Shown here: in pieces, positions 1 through 7,572 of the stretch
How the letters are laid out: each line of letters starts with the position of its first letter
Numbering within the stretch: the first letter of the stretch is position 1
Assembly: GCA_965231065.1 (NCBI GenBank)
Contig: OZ246410.1
Span: 405,448 to 429,447 of the forward strand
Direction of reading: 5' to 3'
DNA: 24,000 nt
Source of the DNA: an uncultured Methanosarcinales archaeon
Lineage (GTDB): Archaea > Nanobdellota > Nanobdellia > Woesearchaeales > UBA10107
Made by a program: the position numbers and the translations under genes
The notes under the pieces: generated by a model
Databases searched by the model: none
The model's input: the letters and a program-made list of their open reading frames with translations, nothing else
Told to the model about the DNA's origin: nothing

Positions 1-546
1 CGTGGTATACCTGTTTATGACGTACAACGGGGCGGCAGGGTTACGTATCATGGTCCGGGACAGATTGTCGGCTATGCAATCCGGAAGATTTCTCTACGAG
101 ACTTGGATGCGCACTTGAATGGGTTAGAAGAGATCATGCTCAGGACATTAGGAGACTATACGATTGCTGCTCATAAAAGCTACGAAGTGGATGACAGGCA
201 TAAGCGATTGCCTGGTGCTTGGTACCTAATACATGGCAAAGAGTACAAACTCGGTGCGATCGGTGTTGAAGTGCGCGATGGTATCACGATGCACGGCTTC
301 GCATTGAATGTCAATACGAATCTTGATCACTTCGATTATATCGATATGTGCGGTTTCAAAGACAAGCAGGCAGTATCGATGCAGAAGCTGTTGGGTCATT
401 CAGTCAGTCTGAATGAGGTAAAAAAGAAGATTGTGAAATCATTTGGTGATGTGTTCAAGTATGATACAGTAGACGAAAAGGCATTTCCTTCGCTGATCAC
501 CGCGGTACAGAAATTCTACTCAAAATCACTTCAGCCCGAGCAGTAA
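1..546 (+). CDS. lipB: Octanoyltransferase (lipoyl(octanoyl) transferase LipB), 5'-partial at window edge
   Basis: Frame 1 is open from base 1, so the TTG at 103 used by the ORF track is internal. Bases 1-102 translate to RGIPVYDVQRGGRVTYHGPGQIVGYAIRK, which carries the LipB RGG-x-TYHGPGQ motif. KLGAIGVEV...HGFALNVNTNL...CG follows (catalytic Lys/Cys region). Confidence 0.85.
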   Translation, partial: RGIPVYDVQRGGRVTYHGPGQIVGYAIRKISLRDLDAHLNGLEEIMLRTLGDYTIAAHKSYEVDDRHKRLPGAWYLIHGKEYKLGAIGVEVRDGITMHGFALNVNTNLDHFDYIDMCGFKDKQAVSMQKLLGHSVSLNEVKKKIVKSFGDVFKYDTVDEKAFPSLITAVQKFYSKSLQPEQ

Positions 547-1800
547 TTCATCAGGATCTTCGAGATATTCTTTCACCTCATTCATGAACCGTGCTGCTTC
601 TGCACCGTCTGTTATCCTGTGGTCAAACGTCAATGATAATGGCAGCACTTTCCTAATCTGTACTTTTCCATCGACTGCAATCGGTTTTTCATATATCTTT
701 CCTGTCAGCAATATGGCAACCTGCGGATAATTGATGATTGGCGTCGCAAAAGTACCTCCAATGGCGCCGATATTGGTAATCGTGAATGTCCCGCCTTGTA
801 ATTCTCCTAAATCTATCTCTCGTTTCCTTGTCTTTTCAGCAAGGTCCTGGAGCTCTTTCGCGGTCTGCTCGATCGTCTTTGCATCGGCGATCTTCAGTAC
901 CGGAACAATCAGACCATCTTGTGTATCGACAGCGAATCCGATGTTGTAATATTTCTTGATGACGATCTCTTCATTCGCATCATCGATCGTCGCGTTCAGA
1001 TATGGATGGTTCTTCAATGCAGCAATAACTGCCTTGATGATGAATGGCATAAATGTCAGATGAACTCCTTTCTTTTCCAATCTCTTCTTCTCTTTTTCTC
1101 GTATTTCGGTAAGGTGTGTTACGTCGGCTTCATCGAATGAAGTCACCGGCGCTGTCTTCTGCGATGCTTCGAGCATACGGTTCGCAACTGTCCTCCGCAC
1201 TCCTTTCACTGGAATCTTCTCAGTGTATCCGTAGAGATCGTAATCACGTGCGGTAATTTTAACACCGCTTGCGAGTGTGGATGATTTTTCTCCTGATACT
1301 TTTCCTGCAGCGTTCAGCACATCTTCCTTTGTTATGATGCCACCCTTGCTGCTCGGCATAATTTTTCCCAAATCAACTCCTTTTTCCTTCGCTAGTCTCT
1401 TGACTGCAGGCAATGCTTTGACATGAGCGACCAGATGTTCTTGGGCCTTCTTTACATGTTCGGCAGTCATTTTCGGTGGTTCTTCATACTCAGGTAGAGA
1501 ACCGACGACACCAAACTCTTTTTTAGGAACTGATTGCTTTGCAGATGATTCTTTTGCTGCTTTGCCTTCATCAATTGAGACAAGAACGGAACCGACTTTC
1601 ACGGTCTGACCTTCTTTCACATATAGTTTGAGGATCTTTCCTGCTTTCGGACTTGGAATTTCGACAATCGCTTTATCTGTCTCTATCTCGACAAGGACTT
1701 GATCTTGTTTAACACTATCGCCGACTTTAACCCTCCATTTGACGATCTCTCCTTCAGAAATGCCTTCTCCGACATCAGGAAACTTGAATTCAAATGTCAT
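526..1800 (-). CDS. 2-oxoacid dehydrogenase complex E2 (dihydrolipoamide acyltransferase)
   Basis: N-terminal lipoyl domain (VEIETDKAIVEIPSP), peripheral-subunit-binding domain (PAVKRLAKEKGVDLGKI) and a C-terminal catalytic domain with DHRITDG. Its start overlaps the E1-beta stop by 4 nt. Its 3' end overlaps lipB convergently by 21 nt. Confidence 0.95.
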   Translation of the reverse strand: MTFEFKFPDVGEGISEGEIVKWRVKVGDSVKQDQVLVEIETDKAIVEIPSPKAGKILKLYVKEGQTVKVGSVLVSIDEGKAAKESSAKQSVPKKEFGVVGSLPEYEEPPKMTAEHVKKAQEHLVAHVKALPAVKRLAKEKGVDLGKIMPSSKGGIITKEDVLNAAGKVSGEKSSTLASGVKITARDYDLYGYTEKIPVKGVRRTVANRMLEASQKTAPVTSFDEADVTHLTEIREKEKKRLEKKGVHLTFMPFIIKAVIAALKNHPYLNATIDDANEEIVIKKYYNIGFAVDTQDGLIVPVLKIADAKTIEQTAKELQDLAEKTRKREIDLGELQGGTFTITNIGAIGGTFATPIINYPQVAILLTGKIYEKPIAVDGKVQIRKVLPLSLTFDHRITDGAEAARFMNEVKEYLEDPDELLLGLK

Positions 1801-2768
1801 TTCATCACCTTTTCGATCGCTGCAATGATTCGTTCTTCGCTCGGCAGATAATTGAGTTCGTTCCGATACAGCGGCACAATCACATCATGACCGGTGACCC
1901 GTTCTACCGGCGCTTCCAGATCAAAGATCGCTTTCTCATTTATCTGTGCGATGACTTCTGCCCCGACACCAAATGAACGTTGTGCTTCATGCACGATCAC
2001 ACATCTTCCTGTTTTCTTTACTGAGTTTATTATTGTTTCGGTATCTAGAGGAGAAAGCGTACGCAGATCGATCAATTCAACATCATATTTATCTCCAAGT
2101 TGCTGCAATGCTTTCTGTGTTATCCACAGCATAGCGCCATACGTGATGATGGTCACATCTTCTCCTTTCTTGACAATGTTTGCTTTACCGATTGGTATCG
2201 TGTATTCTTTTTCAGGAACTTCTTCCTTGATCGCACGATATACCCGCTTCGGTTCCATAAATATCACCGGATCAGGATCCCGAATGGCACTGATCAACAA
2301 ACCTTTTGCCTGATACGGTGTCGAAGGCATCACTACTTTCAAGCCGGGAGTATGACAATAGTATGCTTCCGGTGAATCAGAATGATGCTCTAGTGCTCTG
2401 ATGCCTCCTGATGTTGGAAATCGGATGACCATCGGACACGTAAGATTCCCTCTGGTCCTGTTACGCATACGCGCAGCATGGTTGATGAGTTGGTTCAATG
2501 CCAATAAACTAAACCCTTCGAATTGCATCTCTGCGACTGGCTTGAATCCGTACATCGCTAATCCGATGGACGTTCCTGCGATGGCAGACTCTGCTAACGG
2601 TGTGTCGAATACCCGCTTGTCGCCAAATTGTTTCAGCAAACCTTCAGTGACTCTGAACACACCGCCGTCGACACCGACATCTTCGCCGAGTACTAATACT
2701 GACTTGTCTTTCTGCATTTCCTGCTTCAGCGCAAGATTCAATGCCTCGACCATATTTAACAATGCCAT
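1797..2768 (-). CDS. 2-oxoacid dehydrogenase E1 component, beta subunit
   Basis: 323 aa with a typical E1-beta sequence (LLNMVEALNLALKQEM, FDTPLAESAIAG, transketolase-like C-terminal domain). It sits between the E2 and E1-alpha genes. Confidence 0.95.
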   Translation of the reverse strand: MALLNMVEALNLALKQEMQKDKSVLVLGEDVGVDGGVFRVTEGLLKQFGDKRVFDTPLAESAIAGTSIGLAMYGFKPVAEMQFEGFSLLALNQLINHAARMRNRTRGNLTCPMVIRFPTSGGIRALEHHSDSPEAYYCHTPGLKVVMPSTPYQAKGLLISAIRDPDPVIFMEPKRVYRAIKEEVPEKEYTIPIGKANIVKKGEDVTIITYGAMLWITQKALQQLGDKYDVELIDLRTLSPLDTETIINSVKKTGRCVIVHEAQRSFGVGAEVIAQINEKAIFDLEAPVERVTGHDVIVPLYRNELNYLPSEERIIAAIEKVMK

Positions 2769-3628
2769 TAGCGTGACCTCAGCCAGTTTGCGATATGTTG
2801 TGCTGTCTTTTTCTCATGACCGACGAAACTATGATTTGCATTCTTGATGATGACACTGCCAAATCTTTTTGATCGTGTCTCATTCTCAAGAGTGTTGATG
2901 TATGATTCTACTGGTTTTGTCCTATTCTGCTCCTTTGTACCGAACAGTACCATCATCGGCGTCTTGATCTTACTGAATTCTCTGAAGTTTCCGTCATAAT
3001 AAAATAATCTGCTTTCTATTCTTTTGAGGTCAGAGATGCTGTTGAAACGCTGTGCATCGTAAGCACCTGGTTCATCGGTAACATATTGTGTCGGATGACT
3101 TCGTAACCATTGTTTTGCTTTCTTTGCTGCTTGTTTCCAATCTCTTCCCAATCTTTTCTTATAGACAAGATAATCATCACACGGCGCAAGCAGTATGATT
3201 GCTTGCACTCTCCTGTCTTTTGTTTTATAGATGTAATACGCTGCTTTCTGACATCCCGTACTATGTCCTGCCAGGATTATGTTCTTGTACCCGAGCGATT
3301 GGACTGCATCAATCGCTGCTTTCACATCGTAGACACTGTCTTCGAATTTCTCATGAGCAGTTCCAATATGATCTGAATACTTTTTACTTTCTTTTTTAAC
3401 TTTCGAGACAACATCATGGCCCCTAGTATTTAAGAGGAAGACATCAAAGCCATTCTTCATCAAGGTCGGAGACATCTTTACACTTAGTCCGCTGTAAAAG
3501 TTTCCTCCCATGCCATGGATCGACACGATGACGCTCTTTTGTTTTTTTGACAGCAGGAGACCGTGCAGAGTATATTTATCATTTGTTTTGAACTCGATCA
3601 GTTCTCCTTTTGTCTTATTTTCTATCAT
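2768..3628 (-). CDS. alpha/beta-fold hydrolase (esterase/thioesterase-like) embedded in the OADH operon
   Basis: Nucleophile elbow GHSTGC, oxyanion-region HGMGGNF, and candidate acid and His residues (LLAPCDD, NANHSF). Its ATG directly abuts the E1-alpha stop (TGAATG). Its TAA shares one base with the E1-beta ATG (TAATG). Confidence 0.8.
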   Translation of the reverse strand: MIENKTKGELIEFKTNDKYTLHGLLLSKKQKSVIVSIHGMGGNFYSGLSVKMSPTLMKNGFDVFLLNTRGHDVVSKVKKESKKYSDHIGTAHEKFEDSVYDVKAAIDAVQSLGYKNIILAGHSTGCQKAAYYIYKTKDRRVQAIILLAPCDDYLVYKKRLGRDWKQAAKKAKQWLRSHPTQYVTDEPGAYDAQRFNSISDLKRIESRLFYYDGNFREFSKIKTPMMVLFGTKEQNRTKPVESYINTLENETRSKRFGSVIIKNANHSFVGHEKKTAQHIANWLRSR

Positions 3629-4705
3629 TCAGTATCTCTTCTCCTTGAATTGTTTGATGTATTCCAGCTGTTCTTTCTGCTGCGGTGTCATCTCTTTGAA
3701 TACGTACTTGAACATATCTTCTATCGCTGGCGGTTTCATCGCATCCACTGCCGCGACTTCTTTGTTTATTTCTACTTCGATGCCTTTCATGAGTTTTTCT
3801 TCATCTTTCATGGTCCACAGTTTATTTTTGAGAAGATATTTCCTGAATCTGTCGATAGGATCTTTTCTGATCCATTCCTTGACTTCTTTTTCAGTACGAT
3901 AGCGGGTTGCATCGTCTGCAGTGGTATGATCGGCAAGCCGATAGGTGTACATCTCGATGAGTGTCGGTCCTTCATTGTTCCGCGCTTTCTCGGCAGCGTA
4001 GTTCACCGCAAAATAGAGCGCAAAGACATCATTGCCGTCTACTTTCAGTCCTTCGATGCCGGCATCGATGGCTTTCTGCGCCAATGTTTTCGCCGCTGTC
4101 TGTTTCGTGACCGGCACTGAGATGGCATATTGGTTGTTCTGACAGACAAAGATCGCAGGAACATTCATGACGCCAGCGAAATTCAATGCTTCATGGAAAT
4201 CTCCTTCCGAAGTGGCTCCATCGCCGAAGAAGCAAAGTGTGACTGCTTTCTTATTCTTTAATTTCATGCCCCATGCGATGCCGGTTGCATGCGGTATCTG
4301 TGAACCGACAGGAATTGACATTGGTAGATTTGTCGGAGCGTTCTCGGAATAGTTGCCGCGTTCATCTCCTCCCCATACCAAAACGGGGTTTCGTAATGGC
4401 ATACCGCGATATAATTGTGCTGCAAGTTCTCTGAATGAAGGGATCATCCAGTCATCTTTTGTCAGCGGAGCGACAGCGCCGACTTGCGCTTCCTGGCCTT
4501 TGACTTGTGCAAAGGTCCCGATTCTTCCCTGTCGCTGTAATGCGAGCAGTTTTTCATCGAATCGTCTCGCGGTCACCATGGTCTTGTACATCTTAAGCAT
4601 GATGTCTCTTGGAATCTTTGGCATTAGTTTCTTATCTGCATTACCGTCTTCATCAAGAATCTTCAGATAGTCGACTTTGAACTGGGCTATTGTCTCTCTA
4701 GGCAT
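3629..4705 (-). CDS. 2-oxoacid dehydrogenase E1 component, alpha subunit (TPP-dependent)
   Basis: TPP-binding motif GDGATSEGDFHEALNFAGVMNVPAIFVCQNNQYAIS. The SD-like sequence AAGAGGT lies just upstream of the ATG. Confidence 0.95.
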   Translation of the reverse strand: MPRETIAQFKVDYLKILDEDGNADKKLMPKIPRDIMLKMYKTMVTARRFDEKLLALQRQGRIGTFAQVKGQEAQVGAVAPLTKDDWMIPSFRELAAQLYRGMPLRNPVLVWGGDERGNYSENAPTNLPMSIPVGSQIPHATGIAWGMKLKNKKAVTLCFFGDGATSEGDFHEALNFAGVMNVPAIFVCQNNQYAISVPVTKQTAAKTLAQKAIDAGIEGLKVDGNDVFALYFAVNYAAEKARNNEGPTLIEMYTYRLADHTTADDATRYRTEKEVKEWIRKDPIDRFRKYLLKNKLWTMKDEEKLMKGIEVEINKEVAAVDAMKPPAIEDMFKYVFKEMTPQQKEQLEYIKQFKEKRY

Positions 4706-4831
4706 GTAACCTCTTGAAATATTCTATCTGCTGCAGCCGTTTCACTGCTGCTTTCCTGCTTCGGTATCCTTTGCTTAATTTTTTGACACCAGTATGATTG
4801 AATACATAATATAAACCTTTGATTTTTTTGA

Positions 4832-5779
4832 TCATTGTTTCCTCAGGATGTTCTTGATGAATAATTCTCCTGCTTTATATGAAGACCTTACGAATGGCCC
4901 TGAAAAGACACCTTTGAATCCGATTTTCTCTCCTTCCTTTTTGTATTCTTCAAATACTTCAGGCCTTACCCATTCCTCGATCTTCAGGTGTCTTTGTGAT
5001 GGTCTTAAGTATTGTCCGATGGTGAATATCTCGACGTCTATCCTTCTGAGATCCTTCATGGTCTGCAAGACTTCTTCTTTTGTCTCCCCCAGACCGACCA
5101 TGATGGCTGATTTCGTGATTATTTTTTGATTTAATTTTTTGACTGTTTCGAGGATCGATAACGACTGCTTGTAATTTGCTCGAATATCACGAACTTTTCT
5201 TTGCAATCGTTCAACAGTCTCGACATTGTGAGAGATGACGTCTGGTTTTGCATCAACAACATTTTTCAGCAATGAGACATCTCCTCTGAAGTCAGGTATC
5301 AAGACTTCAACAATCATCTCGGGAAATTCTTTTTTTACTGCACGGATGCATTCAGCGAAATGATTGCTGCCTTGATCTTCTAGATCATCCCGGTCGACTG
5401 AAGTGATGACGATATAGTCAAATACATGTGCTCCATCGATAGAACTCATCTCTTTCAATGCAGAGACTAATTTCTTGGGCTCATCTTTATCCAATATCTG
5501 TCCCTGTGCTGCGGTCTTCACATTGCAGAATCTGCAGCCGCGTGTACAGGTATCTCCAAGTACCATGAATGTTGCAGTACCTGAAGACCAACATTCAGAA
5601 AGGTTCGGGCACTTGCCTTCGACACAGATAGTGGTCAGTCCGTATTTTTTGATCGTCGCCTTGACGTCTTCATATTTTTCAGTCGGTGGTTTGATTTTGA
5701 ACCATTCTGGTTTATGAGAATGTGAAGAAGCGCTCTGCTGAGCACTATCCCTAAATACTACGTTCACCGCGTCTACCAT
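4832..5779 (-). CDS. lipA: Lipoyl synthase (radical SAM)
   Basis: Auxiliary cluster motif CVEGKCPNLSEC and radical-SAM motif CTRGCRFC. Overall LipA-like sequence and length. Confidence 0.95.
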   Translation of the reverse strand: MVDAVNVVFRDSAQQSASSHSHKPEWFKIKPPTEKYEDVKATIKKYGLTTICVEGKCPNLSECWSSGTATFMVLGDTCTRGCRFCNVKTAAQGQILDKDEPKKLVSALKEMSSIDGAHVFDYIVITSVDRDDLEDQGSNHFAECIRAVKKEFPEMIVEVLIPDFRGDVSLLKNVVDAKPDVISHNVETVERLQRKVRDIRANYKQSLSILETVKKLNQKIITKSAIMVGLGETKEEVLQTMKDLRRIDVEIFTIGQYLRPSQRHLKIEEWVRPEVFEEYKKEGEKIGFKGVFSGPFVRSSYKAGELFIKNILRKQ

Positions 5780-5804
5780 CTCTATTAGAATTATGCATTA
5801 GGGC

Positions 5805-5812
5805 TTTTAAAA
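5805..5812 (-). promoter_or_regulatory. TATA box (TTTTAAAA) for lipA
   Basis: A/T octamer 25 nt upstream of the ATG at 5779. Confidence 0.5.
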
Positions 5813-5864
5813 GGTTTCTCTCCTTGGTGCCATTATTGGGATTAACCCGATAAAATAGGAACAA

Positions 5865-5872
5865 TTTATAAA
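5865..5872 (+). promoter_or_regulatory. TATA box (TTTATAAA) for the beta-lactamase-like gene
   Basis: A/T octamer 34 nt upstream of the TTG at 5907. The spacing is longer than at the other promoters, so this transcript may carry a short leader. Confidence 0.35.
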
Positions 5873-5906
5873 TGATTATTGATATCTGGATGAACGGGGT
5901 GTATAG

Positions 5907-6863
5907 TTGCACATCAGCAAAACTAAGGTATTGATAGTTCTCTCTGTTCTTTTGATAGCTTCAGTGGTAGTCAATGTCGCTGGGTATAACTATTATCAGA
6001 ATAAGTACAAGCCAAAATTCTCATTACTTTCTCCGGATATCGCCTGGATGGAAACAGATGACTTTTTGGCTATTCAGAACCAATACTCTGTGTCATATCA
6101 GGGCATGAAGCAGGAGATGCTTGAGTTGCTGAACAGTTCTAAGGTGCACGGAAATTATGGAGTCTACTTTGAGGATCTGAACACCGGATCGTGGATCGGT
6201 ATCAACGAACGCGATGAATTCATCCCGGCCAGCTTACTGAAAGTTCCTATCATGGTCGCTGTTTTGAAGAAAGTCGAGAAAGGAGATATCGCATTGGATC
6301 AACGAGTTACAATTGTTGCTGAAGATATCAATCTGAATTCAGGTACACTCGGTACGCAGGGAGCAGGATATGTATTGACCGTCAAGGATTTGCTTACCTA
6401 CCTCATCAAAGAATCAGATAACACTGCCTTATTTACACTCTACCGGAACTTTTTGACTGACAATGATGTGTTGGAGGCAAGACTTGCTATGGGTATTTCC
6501 CTCTATGGTGATAAAGCAGTTCTTGGTCCAAAACATTATAGCAACATATTGCGATCACTCTATTATTCTGCGTATCTGCGCAGAACATTCTCTGAATTAG
6601 CATTATCCATCATGTCTGAGACTGATTATGATACCCAGATGAAGGCAGGACTGCCTCCGAATGTCCATATCTCTCATAAGATCGGATTCTTCAAAACGCC
6701 AGAGGGTGTTGAAGGATATCATGATTGCGGCATCATCTATCATCCAAGAAAGCCATATATGTTGTGCATCATGAGCAAGAATACAGATCAGGCTACTGCC
6801 AAATTTGTAATTTCTAATCTTTCAAAATTAGTATACGATTATGTCGATAAGATAAGTAAGTAG
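5907..6863 (+). CDS. Membrane-anchored serine hydrolase, class A beta-lactamase-like fold
   Basis: N-terminal TM helix (VLIVLSVLLIASVVVNVAGY). SxxK motif (ASLLKV), SDN motif (ESDNTA) and a KTG-like HKIGF. TTG start; an in-frame TAG lies immediately upstream. Confidence 0.7.
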   Translation: MHISKTKVLIVLSVLLIASVVVNVAGYNYYQNKYKPKFSLLSPDIAWMETDDFLAIQNQYSVSYQGMKQEMLELLNSSKVHGNYGVYFEDLNTGSWIGINERDEFIPASLLKVPIMVAVLKKVEKGDIALDQRVTIVAEDINLNSGTLGTQGAGYVLTVKDLLTYLIKESDNTALFTLYRNFLTDNDVLEARLAMGISLYGDKAVLGPKHYSNILRSLYYSAYLRRTFSELALSIMSETDYDTQMKAGLPPNVHISHKIGFFKTPEGVEGYHDCGIIYHPRKPYMLCIMSKNTDQATAKFVISNLSKLVYDYVDKISK

Positions 6864-6870
6864 AAGTTTC

Positions 6871-7146
6871 TTATTTTCCCTGTGCCCATGCCTTGAATCG
6901 ATCATACGTCGTTGCACCGCAAATGAACTTACCCGACTTCATGTTGATAAAGAACGGTACGCCGCCACATTTACCTGCTGCGACCTTCATGAATTCCATC
7001 TGGTTCGCAGCATTGTGCCAGGTCTCTTTTTTGATGATCTTGACTTTTAGTTCTTTCTCGACTTTTTCTATCAGCGGAGCCATCTGGATGCAGAAATGGC
7101 ACTCCGTGCCGTAATATTCGACGAGATCGCTTGTTTTTGCCGCCAT
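6871..7146 (-). CDS. Thioredoxin/glutaredoxin-fold protein
   Basis: 91 aa with a CxxC redox motif (CHFC) near the N-terminus and a GGVPFF cis-Pro-type motif. It has no TATA box of its own, so it is probably co-transcribed with the upstream 104-aa gene. Confidence 0.75.
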   Translation of the reverse strand: MAAKTSDLVEYYGTECHFCIQMAPLIEKVEKELKVKIIKKETWHNAANQMEFMKVAAGKCGGVPFFINMKSGKFICGATTYDRFKAWAQGK

Positions 7147-7178
7147 GTGTCGTTATTAAGCAATAATGCATGCACTCT

Positions 7179-7493
7179 TTAAAATTCTTTCTGATGAACA
7201 ACTTTATCCGAAATATCCGGAGTTCGTAATTTTTCGAGCGCTTTTTTGAAACTTTCCACGGATTCCGGGTGACCTGGCCAATCATTGAAATAATTCGGAC
7301 TCGAAGTAGGTCCAAACACCAAACCTGAAAGATCTCGTCTTGGTAATGGTCCAAATGGTCTCGGATCAGGATTTGGTCCAGGCCCAAACACTATGAGGGG
7401 AACATCAGGACCAGGTCCGAACACCCGTTCATACCAGATGCCGTCTTTTTTGTAATGTGATCCGATGTCATCTTGATAATCTTGAATTGCCAT
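7179..7493 (-). CDS. Hypothetical small protein with FGPGP/FGP repeats
   Basis: 104 aa containing VFGPGP, VFGPGP, PFGP and VFGP within about 50 residues. Its own TATA box lies 23 nt upstream. No family recognised. Confidence 0.55.
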   Translation of the reverse strand: MAIQDYQDDIGSHYKKDGIWYERVFGPGPDVPLIVFGPGPNPDPRPFGPLPRRDLSGLVFGPTSSPNYFNDWPGHPESVESFKKALEKLRTPDISDKVVHQKEF

Positions 7494-7516
7494 ATCTGCT
7501 GTTATTGTCTTAAGTG

Positions 7517-7524
7517 TATTTATA
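7517..7524 (-). promoter_or_regulatory. TATA box (TATAAATA) for the FGP-repeat/thioredoxin operon
   Basis: 23 nt upstream of the ATG at 7493. Confidence 0.5.
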
Positions 7525-7540
7525 CTTTTTCAAAGTAAGC

Positions 7541-7548
7541 TTTAAAAA
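7541..7548 (+). promoter_or_regulatory. TATA box (TTTAAAAA) for the acyl-CoA synthetase gene
   Basis: 24 nt upstream of the ATG at 7573. Divergent partner of the 7517-7524 box. Confidence 0.5.
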
Positions 7549-7572
7549 CACTGTTCTCTGTATCTGTCCTTT

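Noticed and set aside
3510-4120. 130-aa and 185-aa plus-strand ORFs across the hydrolase/E1-alpha junction
   Set aside because: They are antisense shadows of two conserved genes. The Phe/Ser/Leu-rich products are not protein-like.
4706-4831. 126-nt spacer between lipA and E1-alpha, examined for an ncRNA, riboswitch or small ORF
   Set aside because: It holds only a weak 5-bp hairpin (GCAGC/GCTGC), a TATA-like TTTATATT 102 nt from the ATG and a tiny 10-codon ORF. Nothing can be supported without covariation data.
6971-7387. 138-aa minus-strand ORF spanning both the thioredoxin and FGP-repeat genes out of frame
   Set aside because: It overlaps two better-supported ORFs (CxxC thioredoxin fold; promoter-supported repeat protein). 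Its Arg/Lys-rich product has no features.
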